This document shows, piece by piece, positions 49,441 to 63,429 of a stretch of DNA of 64,000 nucleotides (its first letter is position 1; every line of letters begins with the position of its first letter). The stretch comes from Mobula hypostoma (Eukaryota). The notes below the pieces were generated by a model. That model saw only the letters and a list, made by a program, of their open reading frames with translations. It searched no databases and was not told the DNA's origin. Made by a program: the position numbers and the translations under genes. The stretch is taken from contig NC_086108.1 of assembly GCF_963921235.1 (NCBI RefSeq), forward strand, positions 4,898,001 through 4,962,000, written 5' to 3'.

Positions 49441-50265
49441 TTCAAATTGTTTGTATCCAGTACCACTGAAAGGCCTCCCACAGAACCCTTTCTCACATTA
49501 TCGAATTCTGGATCAGCACCACCAATGTTTGGACTCGGAGAGGCGCCAATTATCCAGCCGGACACTGGCAACTGGCCATACAATGTCAACTAGCACTTCT
49601 TCTCAGCCTTATAATCATTCAAAATTTCGAGAGCATCACATGCTTTGAGGGTTACTGAGCCCTTTGTTTATATCACAGCAAAGGGAACAAGCCAAGAGCC
49701 TTTTTTCCACTATGCTGGGTGGTGGGGTGGACATACATCTCTCCTTCTCTCCACTAGCCTGCAGGTGACCCTTGGGCAAGGTGTAGTACCTGTCTAGCAA
49801 CCCCCCCCCACCCTCACCCATCAGGGTTTTTGAGGTTTTTACTTCTGTTTCGAGCATGTCTGCGAAGAGTAATAAAAGTAAGAATTTCAGGTTGTATACT
49901 GTATACATTCTCTGATATTAAATGGAACCACTGAAGTCATGGAAGCAGGTGGTGGATGGTCGTATGAACAGCAGGTGCATATCACAAGTATATATATATA
50001 TATATACACACACACATACATACACACACACACACATAAATACAGATACTATATATATATATATATTTAAAATAGTTAAATTAAATAAGTACTGCAAAAA
50101 TAGAAATTTATTGAAGTCATGTTCATGGGTTCAATGTCCACTCAGAAATCGCCATATGTGCACCATAGACCTGTTGTGGTGACAGGCTAATTGGAGTCTG
50201 CCCAGGTCCTTGCTAAGACATCTCAAAGCACTTCATCATTGCAGATGTGAGTGCTACCTGATGAT

Positions 50266-50451
50266 TGACGTTTCGGGCCGAGACCCTTCGTCGGGGTCCA
50301 AGACAGGGGTCACAGGTGTCCTGACGAAGGGTCTAGGCCCGAAACGTCAACTGTACCTCTTCGTAGAGATGCTGCCTGGTCTGCTGTGTTCACCAGCAAC
50401 TTTGATGTGTGTTGCTTGAATTTCCAGCATCTGCAGAATTCCTCGTGCCTG
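50266..50451. mobile_element. Penelope-like inverted pLTR with hammerhead motif, inserted in a Rex-like RT fragment
   Basis: gtc-CTGACGA-agggtctaggccc-GAAA-cGTC at ~50318-50348. Flanks gctacctgatgat / gctacttgatgat. The host ORF VPTCFKRAIIIPVPK lies on the minus strand. Confidence 0.75.
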
Positions 50452-51854
50452 GCTACTTGATGATAGTCATTAAGGCAGCTCACCCTGCTCATCTTGGGTA
50501 CTGGTATAATTATTGCTCTTTTGAAGCAGGTGGGAACTTCCAACTGTAGTAATGAGAGACTGAAAACGTCTTTGAACACCCCCACCAGTTGGTTGGGACA
50601 GGTTTTCAGCTGCCTCACCAGGTGCTCCATTGGAGCCTGTCACACTGCAAGGGTTCACCCTCTTGAAAGATGTTCTGATGTCGGCCTCCAAGACAGAGGT
50701 CACAGGGTCACTGGGTGCTGCAGGGACCCACACGGCCGTAGTTTTATTCTGACTCTCAAAGCCAACGTAAGAGGCAATGGCAAACCACTTCTATAGAAAA
50801 ATTTGTCAAGAACAATCATGGTCAGAAGACCACGGTCGCCCACATCAGACGACATGGCACATGATGATGATAAAATTGATAAAATTATTTCCACCTAGGC
50901 AAGGTTCAGTTGCCATTCGGAATCAGTCGTAGAGCACTTTAGCACAGAAGAAATGCAGCACAGCTTAATGCCATTCCAATGCAAACAGCTCCTAACTCAC
51001 CATTTTTCATGGACAAAAAACACTACCTATAATCTTTGATTAAATTGAAGTTAATACCTCACACTAATACACTACTGGGACACCTGCCAGGCAGTTTTCT
51101 CCGAGCATTTAACAAAAGCACTGCTCCCAGAGGGTTAGCATTGACAAGGCATTTGTTATATTTAATTGATCCAGCCCTGTCTGCCGTGTTTTCACCAGTC
51201 AAGTGTTTAAGCTGTGTGGAACTGTCAACCCCAGCATCCCCCACCACAAAACTCTTCCTCTTTACATTGCACTTCAAAACTCCTCACCTCTAAGATTTTA
51301 GTCATCTACTGTAATTTCTCCCAGTATGGCTCATACGTATTAATTGAGGCACCTTGGAATATTTATGGCCCAGCCTATCATGGGTAAAGCCCTCCAAACC
51401 ATTGAGCACATCTACATGAAATGCTGCTGCAGGACATCATCAAAGGCCCCCACCACACACGACACGTTCTCTTCCCGCTGCTGGCAGCAGGAAGAAGCTA
51501 CAAGAGCCTCAGGACTTGCATCACCTCAACCATCAGGCTCGTGAGCAAAGGGGATAACTTCACTTGGCCCATCATTAAAATGTTCCCACAACCAATGGGC
51601 TCACTTTCAATGACTCTTCATCTCATGTTCCCGATATCTATTGCTTAAGAAATGATTATTATTATTTCTTTTTGCATTTGCTCAGTTTATTGTCTTCTCC
51701 ACTCTGGTTGAATACTCTAGCTGGGTGGCCTTTAGTTGATTCTGTTATGGTTATTTTTCTATAGATTGGTCATGTACATCCACAAGAAAATGAATCTCGT
51801 GATTGTATATGGTGGCATACGTGTACTTTATTTTGAACATTGAATATTTCACTA

Positions 51855-53815
51855 AGATACTACTTGGTGGCATATCTCCAGATCAAAATTCAACACAAGG
51901 TTTCTTGGAGACACCCTCACTCCAGATACTGGCAGCGGGCTGGACACAATCCTGGTCAGATGCACCTTCCTCGACAGCGTGCTTTTTTGCACACTCCTAC
52001 TGTAGCACCCTGGGAAAGGTTTCACTGCTAGTGTGATGGTTTCTCTGTAAGCAACAGTGTTCGAGTTATGACCAGAGATGACGGGGGCTTTGGAATGTGC
52101 GCTGTCCAATGAGGGGACTGTTTTCTTTCTTGTGTGCCCGGGAGCGAGGGATTCGCGGTCTTTTGTTCGGCAAATGATGGAGAGAGAAGATGCCGGAACA
52201 GAGAGGTCATAGTCTGCAAGACGGAGTGGACTTGGAATGGAGCCGAGAGTCGATGAAGCCCGGGGGGAAATCGACGGAGAACTAGCAGATGAGAAAACCG
52301 TGAGCTCCAACATGCTCATTAGACTGTTCCATTAAAATGGGCCTTTTTTTTTGTTTTCTTTACTAACCCTATAGTCAAATTAAGAATTATAAAGCTCAAT
52401 CATTTAATTGCATATGGTGTACTGTCTGATTATTTCATGGTACGGATTTGTAACAGGAGAACACATCGTGCAGCATCCACACAAATGAGATTTCACAAGT
52501 TTGGCGGGGCCAGAGACTGTCTTCCCTAGACTAACGCCGCCAGCCCAATCTGAGGGTTACACTACCATGACAAAGACTGCGACACAACACTCACTGGTGT
52601 GCTGCAAGATCAGACTACAATCAAAGAAATTCCATCACGTTAAACAAGGAGGGAACCTTCCCATTGATGTCAGCAAGATGTCTCACTCAGATTTGCTGGA
52701 GCAGTTTGCTTAGTCCTTCAAGAAAGAATTGAGCGCCTAGCAGCCTTGTCACCACAGAAGTGGGAACTTCAGTGGACTACTATCTACAGCACAGCCTCAG
52801 CTACCTTCGGGAAAACTCTGAAAACCAAAGCCAAATCCAACAAGATGACCCCTGTTATTGAAGCCAAGCGTGCTGCCCTAGCCTAGTATCAGTGTTCACT
52901 AACTGAAAGGAACCTACAGATCCTCAGGGCTGCTAGAAATTAAGTTCACTGGACTGCCAGACACTGCGCCAACGAGTACTGGATGCGGTTCAGTGAAAAC
53001 ATCCAGACCGTGGCATGCTCGACAGCACCTCCAGAGCTTGATGGATCGCTTGTTCATCAGTTCACATAGCTGGGGTTCAGCATCAGTGACAACCTCTCCG
53101 TGGACTCAGAAATCAACAAGCGCATTGGGAAGGTTGCAACAACTCTTGTCTGCATCACCACGTGAGTCTGGAAAAACTCCAAACTCTTAGTAAAACAAAG
53201 ATGGCAGTGTATAATGCTTGCATTACAATGCTGTTCGGCAGCAAAACCTTGACAACACACCTAAGCAGGAGAGAAGGTTCAGCACATTCCACTTAAGGCG
53301 CCTTCATCACATCTTGGGCATCTCCTGGAGAGAGGGAGCACCCAATGCTGAGGTTCTCTCTCATACCGGCCTCCTAAGTGTGTACGCCCTGCTCAGGCAG
53401 TGTAGGCTGCACTGACTGGGCCATGTCTGTCCATCCTCTATGGTGAACCGGCTTCAGGAAAGAGAATCACTGGCTGCCCACAACTGCGCTACAAGGATGT
53501 CTGCAAGCGGGACATGAAGGTATTGGACATCAACACTGAGTCCTGGGAGGAACTTGCAGCTGATCGCACCAGATGGAGAAGCACCCTGAAACAACAGTGT
53601 AAGTCAGGCGAGGGAAATAATCCTGAAAGCAGCTGAAGACAAATGGGCCCATAGGAAGGAACACTGTATCTCCAGCAGAGCCGAGACCACTTACAGATGT
53701 GACCTCTGCAAAAGAGACTGTCACTCTCGCTTTCATCTTATTAGTCACCAGCAACGTGGATAGCTAGGATGTAACATCCATGATTGACGTCGGCCAACGG
53801 AGGACTACCACATCT
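51855..53815 (+). mobile_element. Degenerate, internally deleted RTE-clade LINE
   Basis: Endonuclease-end remnants (HPHSRYWQ...HSLVCCKIRL) and RT C-terminal motifs DSEINKRIGK, FHLRRLHHILGISW and PQLRYKDVCKRDMK. Confidence 0.8.
52032..52561. mobile_element. Solo LTR (530 bp) inserted in the RTE element
   Basis: tgtga...ttaca termini and 4-bp flanks ctag/ctac. CpG-rich. RTE coding remnants continue on both sides. Confidence 0.7.
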
Positions 53816-56800
53816 ATTTAGTGGGTGGCATGGTAGTGCAGTGGTTAGGATAACACTCTACAGCACCAGTAATCAGAGTTCAATTCCCACGGCTGTCTAA
53901 GGAGTTTGCACGTTCACCCAGTGACCAGGCGGGTTCCCTCCAGGTGCTCCAGTTTCCACCCATATTCCACAGACATATAGGTTAAGGGTAAGGTTAATAA
54001 ATTGTGGGCATGCTATACTAGGCGCCGGAAGCGTGGCAACACTTGCAGGCTGCCCCCAGCACTTCCTCGGACTGGGTTGGTCATTGAAATAGATGATGCA
54101 TTGTATGCTAACAACAACGCTACCATGCTGCCCACTAAGTAGATGTGGCCCTTTACATAGGCCTGTACATGGTCCAAATCCCTCCATTCTCTGCCAGTCC
54201 TGTCATAAATGGATATGAAGAAAGAAATTCCTTGGGTTGTAGTTTCACATAGATGTTTTGATGTACATACATGTGACAAATGAAGCTAATCTTAATCTAC
54301 TAACCAAGTGCATGTTGCACTGTTAAACTATCTCTCAGAAGGTTATATATATTAAAACTATATAACTTTTACTTTACGACCACAGGCTTTGAAGTTACCA
54401 ATCCTGCAAAGTCTGTTCTAATAGTGTGGTACAAGTCCATACCCCTGAAGCAACGATAACTTCTACAGAAATTATTCTTTTTCTTTTAAAAGTGCAGTGA
54501 GTGCTTTCCCACACAGAATGAGGCAGGATTAAGAATATAATTTAACAAATAGTATATGGCTGTGACACCCACACAGGTATGTCATATCATGCGTTTTTTC
54601 TTGGTCCATTAATAACACTTTCAATGTTATGAACTTCCAGAATTAGAGATCAGGTATCTTGTGTATGCATTCATCAGCCCTTGAAATGAAGTCTCCAATT
54701 ACAGCTGTGGGGTTGCCTCCGAGAGGTGAAACTTAAACCTATATAAAGGCAATGTTAGAAACTGCTGTCTTTTTTATTTAATAATACTTTTTGTAAGATT
54801 TGTAGTTTTTAACAAGCTCATGTATTTCTCACACTCACTGGCAGAAAGCCATATAGCAGCTAAACTAACAGTTTATGATCTTCCTCATTTTTCAGTGGCT
54901 AAGTATTAGCACATTACCCACGTGATGCAATTGTTTTAATTATGTAGCCTGCTAGCTAATTCATTTCTATTTAAGGAATTTCCCTTGGCTATAAAAGTGA
55001 TGGGTTTTTCATAAGCACCATTTTTTATTCCTTTGTCTTACACCAACTGTTGGCATTTAGGCCAGCAATGAAGGTCCTCCATCTGTGACAGTAGTGAAAG
55101 CCAAACTAATGACATGGTGAAGGAAACCCTGAACACCGCCAGTCATGCAAGTCCCGGTGGGGACTCAGGAATACAGATGTAGAAGGATTCCTCATTGTTG
55201 CTTCTGTAACAATTTTGTTTGACCAGTCAGGGTTGTTAAGCCGTAAACTGAACTCCCAAACCTGGAGGACCGGTGGGCCACTCTTGGTTTGGTCTGAAAA
55301 ATAAGTGAACCTCTTGACCATGACCACAAGTTTTTTATGCACCAAGTTGCTCCACATGATTGGCTGATTAGATATGTGTATTAGTGAGCAGGTGTACAAG
55401 TTTAGATAGACTCTTGATTAGTCAAGGAGAGGATGTTTCCTATGGTGGGGGAGTCTACAGCCAGAGGACACAAGCCTCAGAATAGAGGGCATCCTTTCAG
55501 AATGGAGGTGAGGAATTTCTTTAGCCAGAAAATAGCAAATCTGTGGAGTTTTGATAAATGCTTGATTATTCAGGACATGAAGGGATACGGGGAGGAGGCA
55601 GGAGATTGGGGTTAAGAGGGAAAGTGGATCAGCCATGATGAAATGGCAGAGCAGACTCGATGGGCCGAATGGCTCAATTCTACTCCTATATCTTATGTGT
55701 ATTATTGCACATTTTCGTTTAAATGCACCCTATACACCAAAGGTTGGTACATCTGTTGACTCAGGTTTTATACTTGTGAACAATTTTGCTGAAAACTAAT
55801 AATATCTAAAAACTTCCCCATCCAGAACTATAAGTTAAAATGAAAGAACTCAAATGTCTCCATTAACTCCTACCAATTTTTATTGATGCACCATAGAAAG
55901 CATTCCGTCTGGACAGGTAACAGCTTAGAATGCTAAATGCTCTGCCAGAGACCACAAGAAACTGTAGAGTCATGGACACAAATCAGCAGATCAGAAAATC
56001 CAGCCTCTCCTCCACAGACTCTGTCAGCACTTCTCGCTGCTTCAGTAAAGGAGCGAGCATCATCAAAGACCACATCCACTCCAGGCATTTTCTCTTCTCC
56101 CCATTCCACCTGGCTTAAGATACAAAAGCCTGAAAGCATGGCTCAGGGGCATCTCCTACTCCACTATTATCAGACTCTTGAACGGATCTCTTGTACAACA
56201 AGATAGATTCTTGGCCTCAAAATCTACTTCATTATGATCTTGCCCTCTATTGCTTACCTGTACTGCACTCTTTTAGTAGATTTTACATTTTATTGTTGTT
56301 TCTCATCGCACCTCGTGGCACATCGGGTGGCAACCTTGCCATTTCTTTAGCATTCGTCTGGTTGTTTACAAGGCCGACTTGCTAGCTCGACGTTCAACCC
56401 AGCATGGATGGGAAAGGGCGGGGAAGAAGCAAGCTGGGTTCAAACCCAGGACCACTCGCCTCAAAGCCCAGTGTGGATGCCACCACACCACCAGTCGGCT
56501 TTTTCACCTTATTCTGCATTGTTAGTGTTCTACCTTATTCGAGCTCAATGCACTGTGTAGTGAGTTCACTGTTTCTCAGTACACTTGACAAGAAACCAAC
56601 ACCGATACCAAATCCGGGTCATATTCCAATGCATACATTCAACAAAGTGCCACTAGTTCTATGACCTATGCTATGATCACATAATTTTCCTGAGTTTGAC
56701 AAGTACCCTGACAGCATAAACACATTAGGATTGTATCTCAGAATGGAAATTAAACATTGATGGGACAATTACACAAAATCTCAACCTGCACTGACTGCGG

Positions 56801-57214
56801 TTCCTGGAGGTTGTCATAGCTGGGGGTAGTAATGGAGGACAAGCACCTACTATCTATTAAATACTCCCAATGGTGTGCACGTCAATAGCCTCTGACAACG
56901 AAGCCCAGCTCCTGACCTTTGCATGTAGCTTAACTACTACACCTGGCAGAATTGTTTCTCCTAAGATTTGCCATAACTTCCTGCCAATTGCCATCTCCAG
57001 ATTTCCTAAAGAATCCCCTGATTATCTCAGATACAATTTCATGCGTAAATTGAGATCAGTGAGGAAGAGCAAAGACTCCAAACAGAGAACACCAAGGTGA
57101 AAACACTGGGAATTAAACCTGAAGACGAGTCACAAATTAGTGGTAATAGGTGGTTCCCTGTACACAGGCAATACAAATATAATTCAAATATGCCTGGCAA
57201 GAACAATTGAAAGA

Positions 57215-58250
57215 ATAGAAGTTTGGCTGACTGGCAGGAGACAAAGAGTGGGAATAAAGGAGGCTTTTTCTGATTGAGTGTCAGTGACATCCAGTGTACT
57301 GTAGGGGTCGGTGTTAGGATGACTTCTTTTCACGTTATATGTCCATAATTTGAATGATAGAATTGATGGCTTTGTGACCAAGTTTGCAGATGAAACAAAG
57401 ATAAGCGGAGGGGGACAAGTAGTGTTGAGGAAGCAGGGAGTCTGCAGAAGGACTTGGACAGATTAACAAAATGGGCAAAGAAGTGGTAGATAGAATATCG
57501 TGTAGGGTCATGCACTTTAGAATGAATAGAGGCTTAGACTATTTTCTAAGTGGGGAGAAAATTCAGAAATCAAAGGTGCAAAGAGACTTGGGAGTCCAGA
57601 TGGAGGATTCCCTAAAGGTGAGGCTGTGGTGAGGAAGGCAGATGCAATCTTAGCTTTGATTTTCAAAGGACTGGAGTATAAAAGCAAGGATGTGTTGCTG
57701 AGGCTTCATAAGGCATTGGTCACTTGGAGTATTGAGAGCAGCGTTAGGCCCCTTATGTAAAAAAGGATGTGCTGGTATCGGAGACGGTCCAGAGGAGGAT
57801 CACGAGAATAAGCTTGGGAATGAAAGGGTCGTCATTCAGAGGAGTGCTTGATGGCTCAGGGCCTGTACTCACTGGAGTTTAGAAGAATGAGGGGGGATTT
57901 CATTGAAACCTATCAAATACTGAAATGCCTAGGCAGAGTGGAGGTGGAGGGGATGTCTCCTATAGTGGTTGAGTCTAAGACCAGACAGCACAGCTTCAAA
58001 ATAGAGCAATGTCCATTTAAAACTGAAATGAGGAGCCAAAATGTTGAATCTGTGGAATTCGTTGTCACAGATGGCTGTGGAGGGCAAGTCACTGGGTATA
58101 TTTAAGGCTGAAATTGAAAGGTTCTTGATTAGTTACTGTGTCAAAGGTTACAGGGTGAAGGCAGGTGAGAAGGATAATAAATCAGTCATGATGGAATTGT
58201 AGAGCAGACTCAATGGGCTGAATGGCCTACTTCTGCTCCTTGTTCTTATG
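57215..58250 (+). mobile_element. CR1 LINE RT/3' fragment
   Basis: KFADETK and GLYSLEFRRMRGDFIETYQILK motifs and a CR1 3' UTR. Confidence 0.85.
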
Positions 58251-59020
58251 GCACATTTAATTCCAAGATGTTTCGAGACCTGGTCTGAGCACATAGTGAA
58301 AATTAATAAAAATTCTCTCCGGAGAAAAGAGATTCACATAGAGAATAAATGTTCAAAAACTGTTACTAGCACACAGTCAATACAAAAAAAAACAAGCAAT
58401 TTTGGAAAACATTTTTTCTTCAATTTTTCATCAGAAGATTAAATTTGACATGGGATTCAAGGGCACGTCATAATCCTGCCTCTAATGGAGATTTACGAAG
58501 CAAAGCATTTGGTTTAAGGGGGTTTTTTTGAGGTTCTGATGTTTTTCTGTCATTCACTTATTGGGGTTTTATTCTGTTTTGTGGATGTGTGTGAAGAGTA
58601 AGAATGTCAGGTTGTATGGTGTAAAACTTCTCTGATATCAAATGGAAAGACTGAACCATAGAAGTTCCACTTAATGGACCCGAGCATGAACAAAACAGCT
58701 GTTATCCCTCCATGCTGTCAGAGGTGCAGATTTCCAGATGAGATGCTAAGCCTATAATTTTGACTGCCTGAGGTGCAAGTAAAGGATGGACCACCACACT
58801 ACTTTGAAGATAAGTTAGATATTACTCCTAATGTCCTGGCCAATCTCCATCAGCACAATCTAATGATCAAATAACCATCCACTATTTGTGGCAACTTGCT
58901 ATGGGCAAAATGACTGCTATGATCACTTTCCACATTAACTATCAATCCTTGAGATAATCTAAGGTTATGAAAGAGCTGACATAAATGGGACTTGTTCTGC
59001 AATGATTTAAGATTCAAGAT

Positions 59021-59445
59021 TTGACGTTGCAGTGATTGCCGAGCTTGGCAATTAGCTTGCAGATGCTTCAAAGTGACATCTTCAGTGCAGAGTTTTTGGT
59101 GTTTCTCTCTGGGAATGCTTGTGTTTATATAGCCCCTGTTTGCCTGCCTTTGGTCCTAGTTGGTTACCCCTTCTATTGACCTTGGAATTCTATTGGCTCG
59201 CGTTTCTTGGCTATTGGCTCTTCCGATGCTCTCTTATTTCAATATGTTTGTCTACTGAGTTATCAGAAAGTCAACTGAAGGGGTAGCCAATCAGGATTGA
59301 GGCAAACAAATGGAGGGGGGGGGGTCTATATGAACTTGAGCACTCCCAGAGAGATACACCAATATCTGCTCACTGAGGATGTCACCTGACTGGTGATGAA
59401 CCATCTGCAAGCTAGTTGCCAAGCTCGGTGAATGCCCAACGTCAA
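59021..59445. mobile_element. Second Penelope-like family, inverted pLTR pair
   Basis: Inverted arms ~59021-59172 and ~59277-59445, with a hammerhead remnant ctgagga-tgtcacc-tgact-ggtgat-gaac at 59373. Confidence 0.6.
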
Positions 59446-59619
59446 ACGCCCCAACCCGAACTACCAATATTCACCAAGACTCAAGGTTGTTTAATGTCAT
59501 TTCCAGTCGACAAATGTAAAGGAGAACAAAATAATTATTACTCCAGAGCTGGTGCAGTATAAAAATAACACAAGATAAAGAACACAATAATAATTTTTTA
59601 AAACCATTAAATATAATAA

Positions 59620-60210
59620 CATGGGAAAATCTGCAGATGCTGGAAATCCAAAGCAAAACATATAAGATGCTCGGGAACTCAGCAGGTCAGGCAGCATCTA
59701 TGGAGGGGAATAAACAGTTGATGTTTCAGGCCGAGACACTTCTTCAGGACTGGAAAGGAAGAGGGAACATGTCAAAACAAAAAAGGTGGGGAGGGGGGAG
59801 GAGAAAGCGGATAGCTAGGAGGTGATGGGTGAAGTCAGCTGGGTGGGAAGCATCAAGGGCTGGAGAGGGAGGAATCTGATAGGAGAGGAGAATGGACCAG
59901 AGGAGAAAGGAAAGGAGGAGAACCACCAGAGGATGGTGATAGGCAGGTGAGAAGAGATTAGACGCCAGAGTGAGGATTAGAAAAGAGAGTGAGAGGGAGG
60001 GAATTTTTTCCCCCAGCAGGAGAAATTGATATTCATACCATCAGGTTAGTGTCTACCCGGACAGTGTTGCTCCTCCACCTTGTGGGTGGCCTTATCTTGG
60101 CACAAGAGGTGGCCATGGACAGACATGTTAGAACAGGAAAAGGAACGGGAATTAAAATGTTTAGCCCCTTGTAAGTTCCGCTTTTGGCAGATGGAGCAGA
60201 GGTGCTCCAC
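59620..60210 (-). mobile_element. Penelope-like 3' fragment/pLTR
   Basis: Same family as 23440-23965, with a hammerhead remnant at ~59716-59752. Confidence 0.75.
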
Positions 60211-60932
60211 CCTGTACTATATATGCAGTGATTGATTGTATGTCCGTAAAGTAACGCTGGTCACAGGAGTGTCTGTACGTACAGTGACTGACAGGAAATG
60301 ATAAAGTAGTGGTGGTTGGGGGGTGTGGAGAAGTGGGTTAATGGATGGAGGTGTCAATCAGCCTTGCTGGAACTGTTTTTCAGTCTGGTGGTCCTGCCAT
60401 GGATGTTATGTAGCCTCCTCCCTGATGAGAGTGGGACAAACAGTCCCTGAGCAGGGTGGGTGGGATCCTTCATGAGGTTAATGACCCTTTTCAGGCACCT
60501 TTTATGACCTTGGTGGTTAGTATTAGTTTTAGACAGACAAAACGGCAAGGCTTAGAATCTACTCATCCAATTTACTTTGCTAACAGAAGTTACTACAGGA
60601 GTAGAAATCTTTTACAATTAACTGGGACTTTAATGTGAACATTAGATCTCCACTAAATCAAAGCTAGACCTCAGTATATGTATCATATTTTCCCATGTAT
60701 GGGTATAGGTCACATTATGTCAATAGCTCCAGACAGTCACCTACAACAGACTGGGGTGGTATAATAGCATAATGGTTAGCACAACGCTTCACATTACCAG
60801 CCGCTGCCTATAAAGGTTTATATACTCTCCCTGTGACCGTGTGGATTTTCTCCTGGTGCTCCGGTTTCCTCCCAAAGACCCACCAGTTGGTAGGATATCA
60901 AAATCAGAATCATGTTTAATATCACCAGCACA

Positions 60933-62545
60933 CAGTGGCATGCAAAAGTTCGGGCACCCCGGTCAAAATTTCTGTTACTGTGAATAGTTAAGTGAGTAGA
61001 AGATGAACTGATCTCCAAAAGTCATAAAGTTAAAGATGAAACATTCTTTTCACATTTTAAGCAAGACTAGTGTATTATTTTTGTTTTGTACAATTTTAGA
61101 GTGAAAAAAAGGAAAGGAGCACCATGCAAACGTTTGGGCACCCCAAGAGATTTGAGCTCTCAGATAACTTTTACTGAGGTCTCAGACCTTAATTAGCTTG
61201 TTAGGGCTATGGCTTGTTCATAGTCATCGTTAGGAAAGGCCAGGTGATGCAAACTTCAAAGCTTTATAAATACTCTGACTCCCCAAACCTTGTCCCAACA
61301 ATTAGCAGCCATGGGCTCTTCTAAGCAGCTGCCTAGCACTCTGAAAATTAAAATAAGTGATGCCCACAAAGCAGGAGAAGGCTATAAGAAGATAGCAAAG
61401 CGTTTTCAGGTAGCCGTTTCTTCAGTTCGTAATGTAATTAAGAAATGACAGTTAACAGGAACGGTGGAAGTCAAGTTGAGGTCTGGAAGACCAAGAAAAC
61501 TTTCTGAGAGAACTGCTCGTAGGATTGCTAGAAAGGCAAATTAAAACCCCTGTTTGACTGCAAAAGACCTTCAGGAAGATTTAGCAGACTCTGGAGTGGT
61601 GGTGCACTGTTCTACTGTGCAGTGACACCTGCACAAATATGACCTTCATGGAAGAGTCATCAGAAGAAAACCTTTCCTGTATCCTCACCACAAAATTCAA
61701 CGTCAGAAGTTTGTAAAGGAACATTTAAACAAACCTGATGCATTTTAGAAGCAAGTCCCGTGGACTGATGAAGTTAAAATAGAACTTTTTGGCCGCAATG
61801 AGCAAAGGTATGTTTGGAGAAAAAAAGGGTGCAGAATTTCATGAAAAGAACACCTCCGCAAATGTTAAGCACGGGGGTGGATCGATCATGCTTTGGGCTT
61901 GTGTTGCAGCCAGTGGCACGGGGAACATTTCACTGGTAGAGGGAAGAATGAATTCAATTAAATACCAGCAAATTCTGGAAGCAAACATCACACCGTCTGT
62001 AAAAAAGCTGAAGATGAAAAGAGGATGGATTCTACAACAGGATAATGATCCTAAACACACCTCAAAATCCACAATGGACTACCTCAAGAGGTGCAAGCTG
62101 AAGGTTTTGCCATGGCCCTCACAGTCCCCCGACCTCAACGTCATCGAAAATCTGTGGATAGACCTCAGAAGAGCAGTGCATGCAAGACAGCCCAAGAATC
62201 TCACAGAACTAGAAGCCTTTTGCAATGAATAATGGGCAAAAATCCCCCAAACAAGAATTGAAAGACTCTACAGAAAGCATTTACAAGCTGTGATACTTGC
62301 CAAAGTGGGTGTTACTAAGTACTGACCATGCAGGGAGCCCAAACTTTTGCTTCGGGCCCTTTTCCTTTTTTGTTATTTTGAAACTGTAAAAGATGGAAAT
62401 AAAAAAGTAATCTTGCTTAAAATGTTAAAGAAATGGGTCATCTTTAAATTTATGCCTTTTGGAAATCAGGTCATCTTTTACTCGCTTAGCTATTCACAGT
62501 AACAAAAATTTTGACTAGAGGTGCCCAAACTTTTGCATGCCACTG
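60933..62545 (+). mobile_element. Full-length Tc1-like transposon (second family), 1613 bp
   Basis: Termini cagtggcatgcaaaagtt / aacttttgcatgccactg. The right flank is TA and the left is CA (mutated TSD). Inner direct repeats at ~61124 and ~62335. Confidence 0.93.
61311..62325 (+). pseudogene. Tc1 DD34E transposase with multiple stops
   Basis: MGSSKQL..., SGRPRK, WTDE, VKHGGGSIMLW, QQDNDPKH, 34 aa to E in SPDLNVIE. Confidence 0.92.
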
Positions 62546-62633
62546 TATGTCATGAAATTTGTTTAAAAAAAACTGAATTACAGTAAATACATACATATAT
62601 TATAGATCTATTATATGCAATATATATATATAT

Positions 62634-62669
<36 letters not shown>

Positions 62670-63429
62670 GAATGTACCTACAATAGTTAAATTAAATAAG
62701 TAGCGCAAAACAAGAAGAAACAAAAAAAAGTAGTGTGGTACTGTTCTCGACAATACATCTGTAGGAATTTGGTTAATTGATCATTGTAAACTTTCCCGTG
62801 ATTGGGCTAGGGTTGCTGGGTGGCATGGCTTGGAGGGCCAGACGGGCCTATTCCACACTGTATCTCAATTAATAAAATTTCACACAATAACACTGCTGTC
62901 CTACGTTATAATCTATTAGCATAAAACTCTCTACAGCTGCACACAGCCGGGCCCTTTGTGCATCCTTATTCTTCAGGATAAATACAAAGTTAAAACATTT
63001 CACGGGTTCTGAAAAACTTTCCACAACGAATTTCTATCCAGCACAGGCAAAGCCCTCCCTACCACTGAGCACATCGACAAGGAGCACTAACACAGGAAAG
63101 CCGCATCCTCAAGACTGCCACCACCCAGGCCATGCTCTCTTCTCACTGCTGCCGTCGGGAAGGAGATACAGAAGCCTTAGGTTCCACAATGACAGGCTCA
63201 TCCATCAGGATTTGCACAATATGTTGCATATTGGTTGTTTGATTTCCAACATGCTGAAGGGTCTTGGCCCAGAACGTCAACTGTACTCTTTTTCACAGAT
63301 GCTGCCTGGCCTGCTGGGCTCCTGCAGCATTTTGTATGCATTGGTTGTTTGCCCATCTTTGCTAGCGTGCACCTTTTCATTGATTCTATTGTGTTTCTTT
63401 TTATTTACTGTAAATGCCCACAAGAAAAA

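Noticed and set aside
57031..57096. Possible short host exon (ag...gt bounded, purine-rich)
   Set aside because: Weak splice signals and no recognisable peptide.
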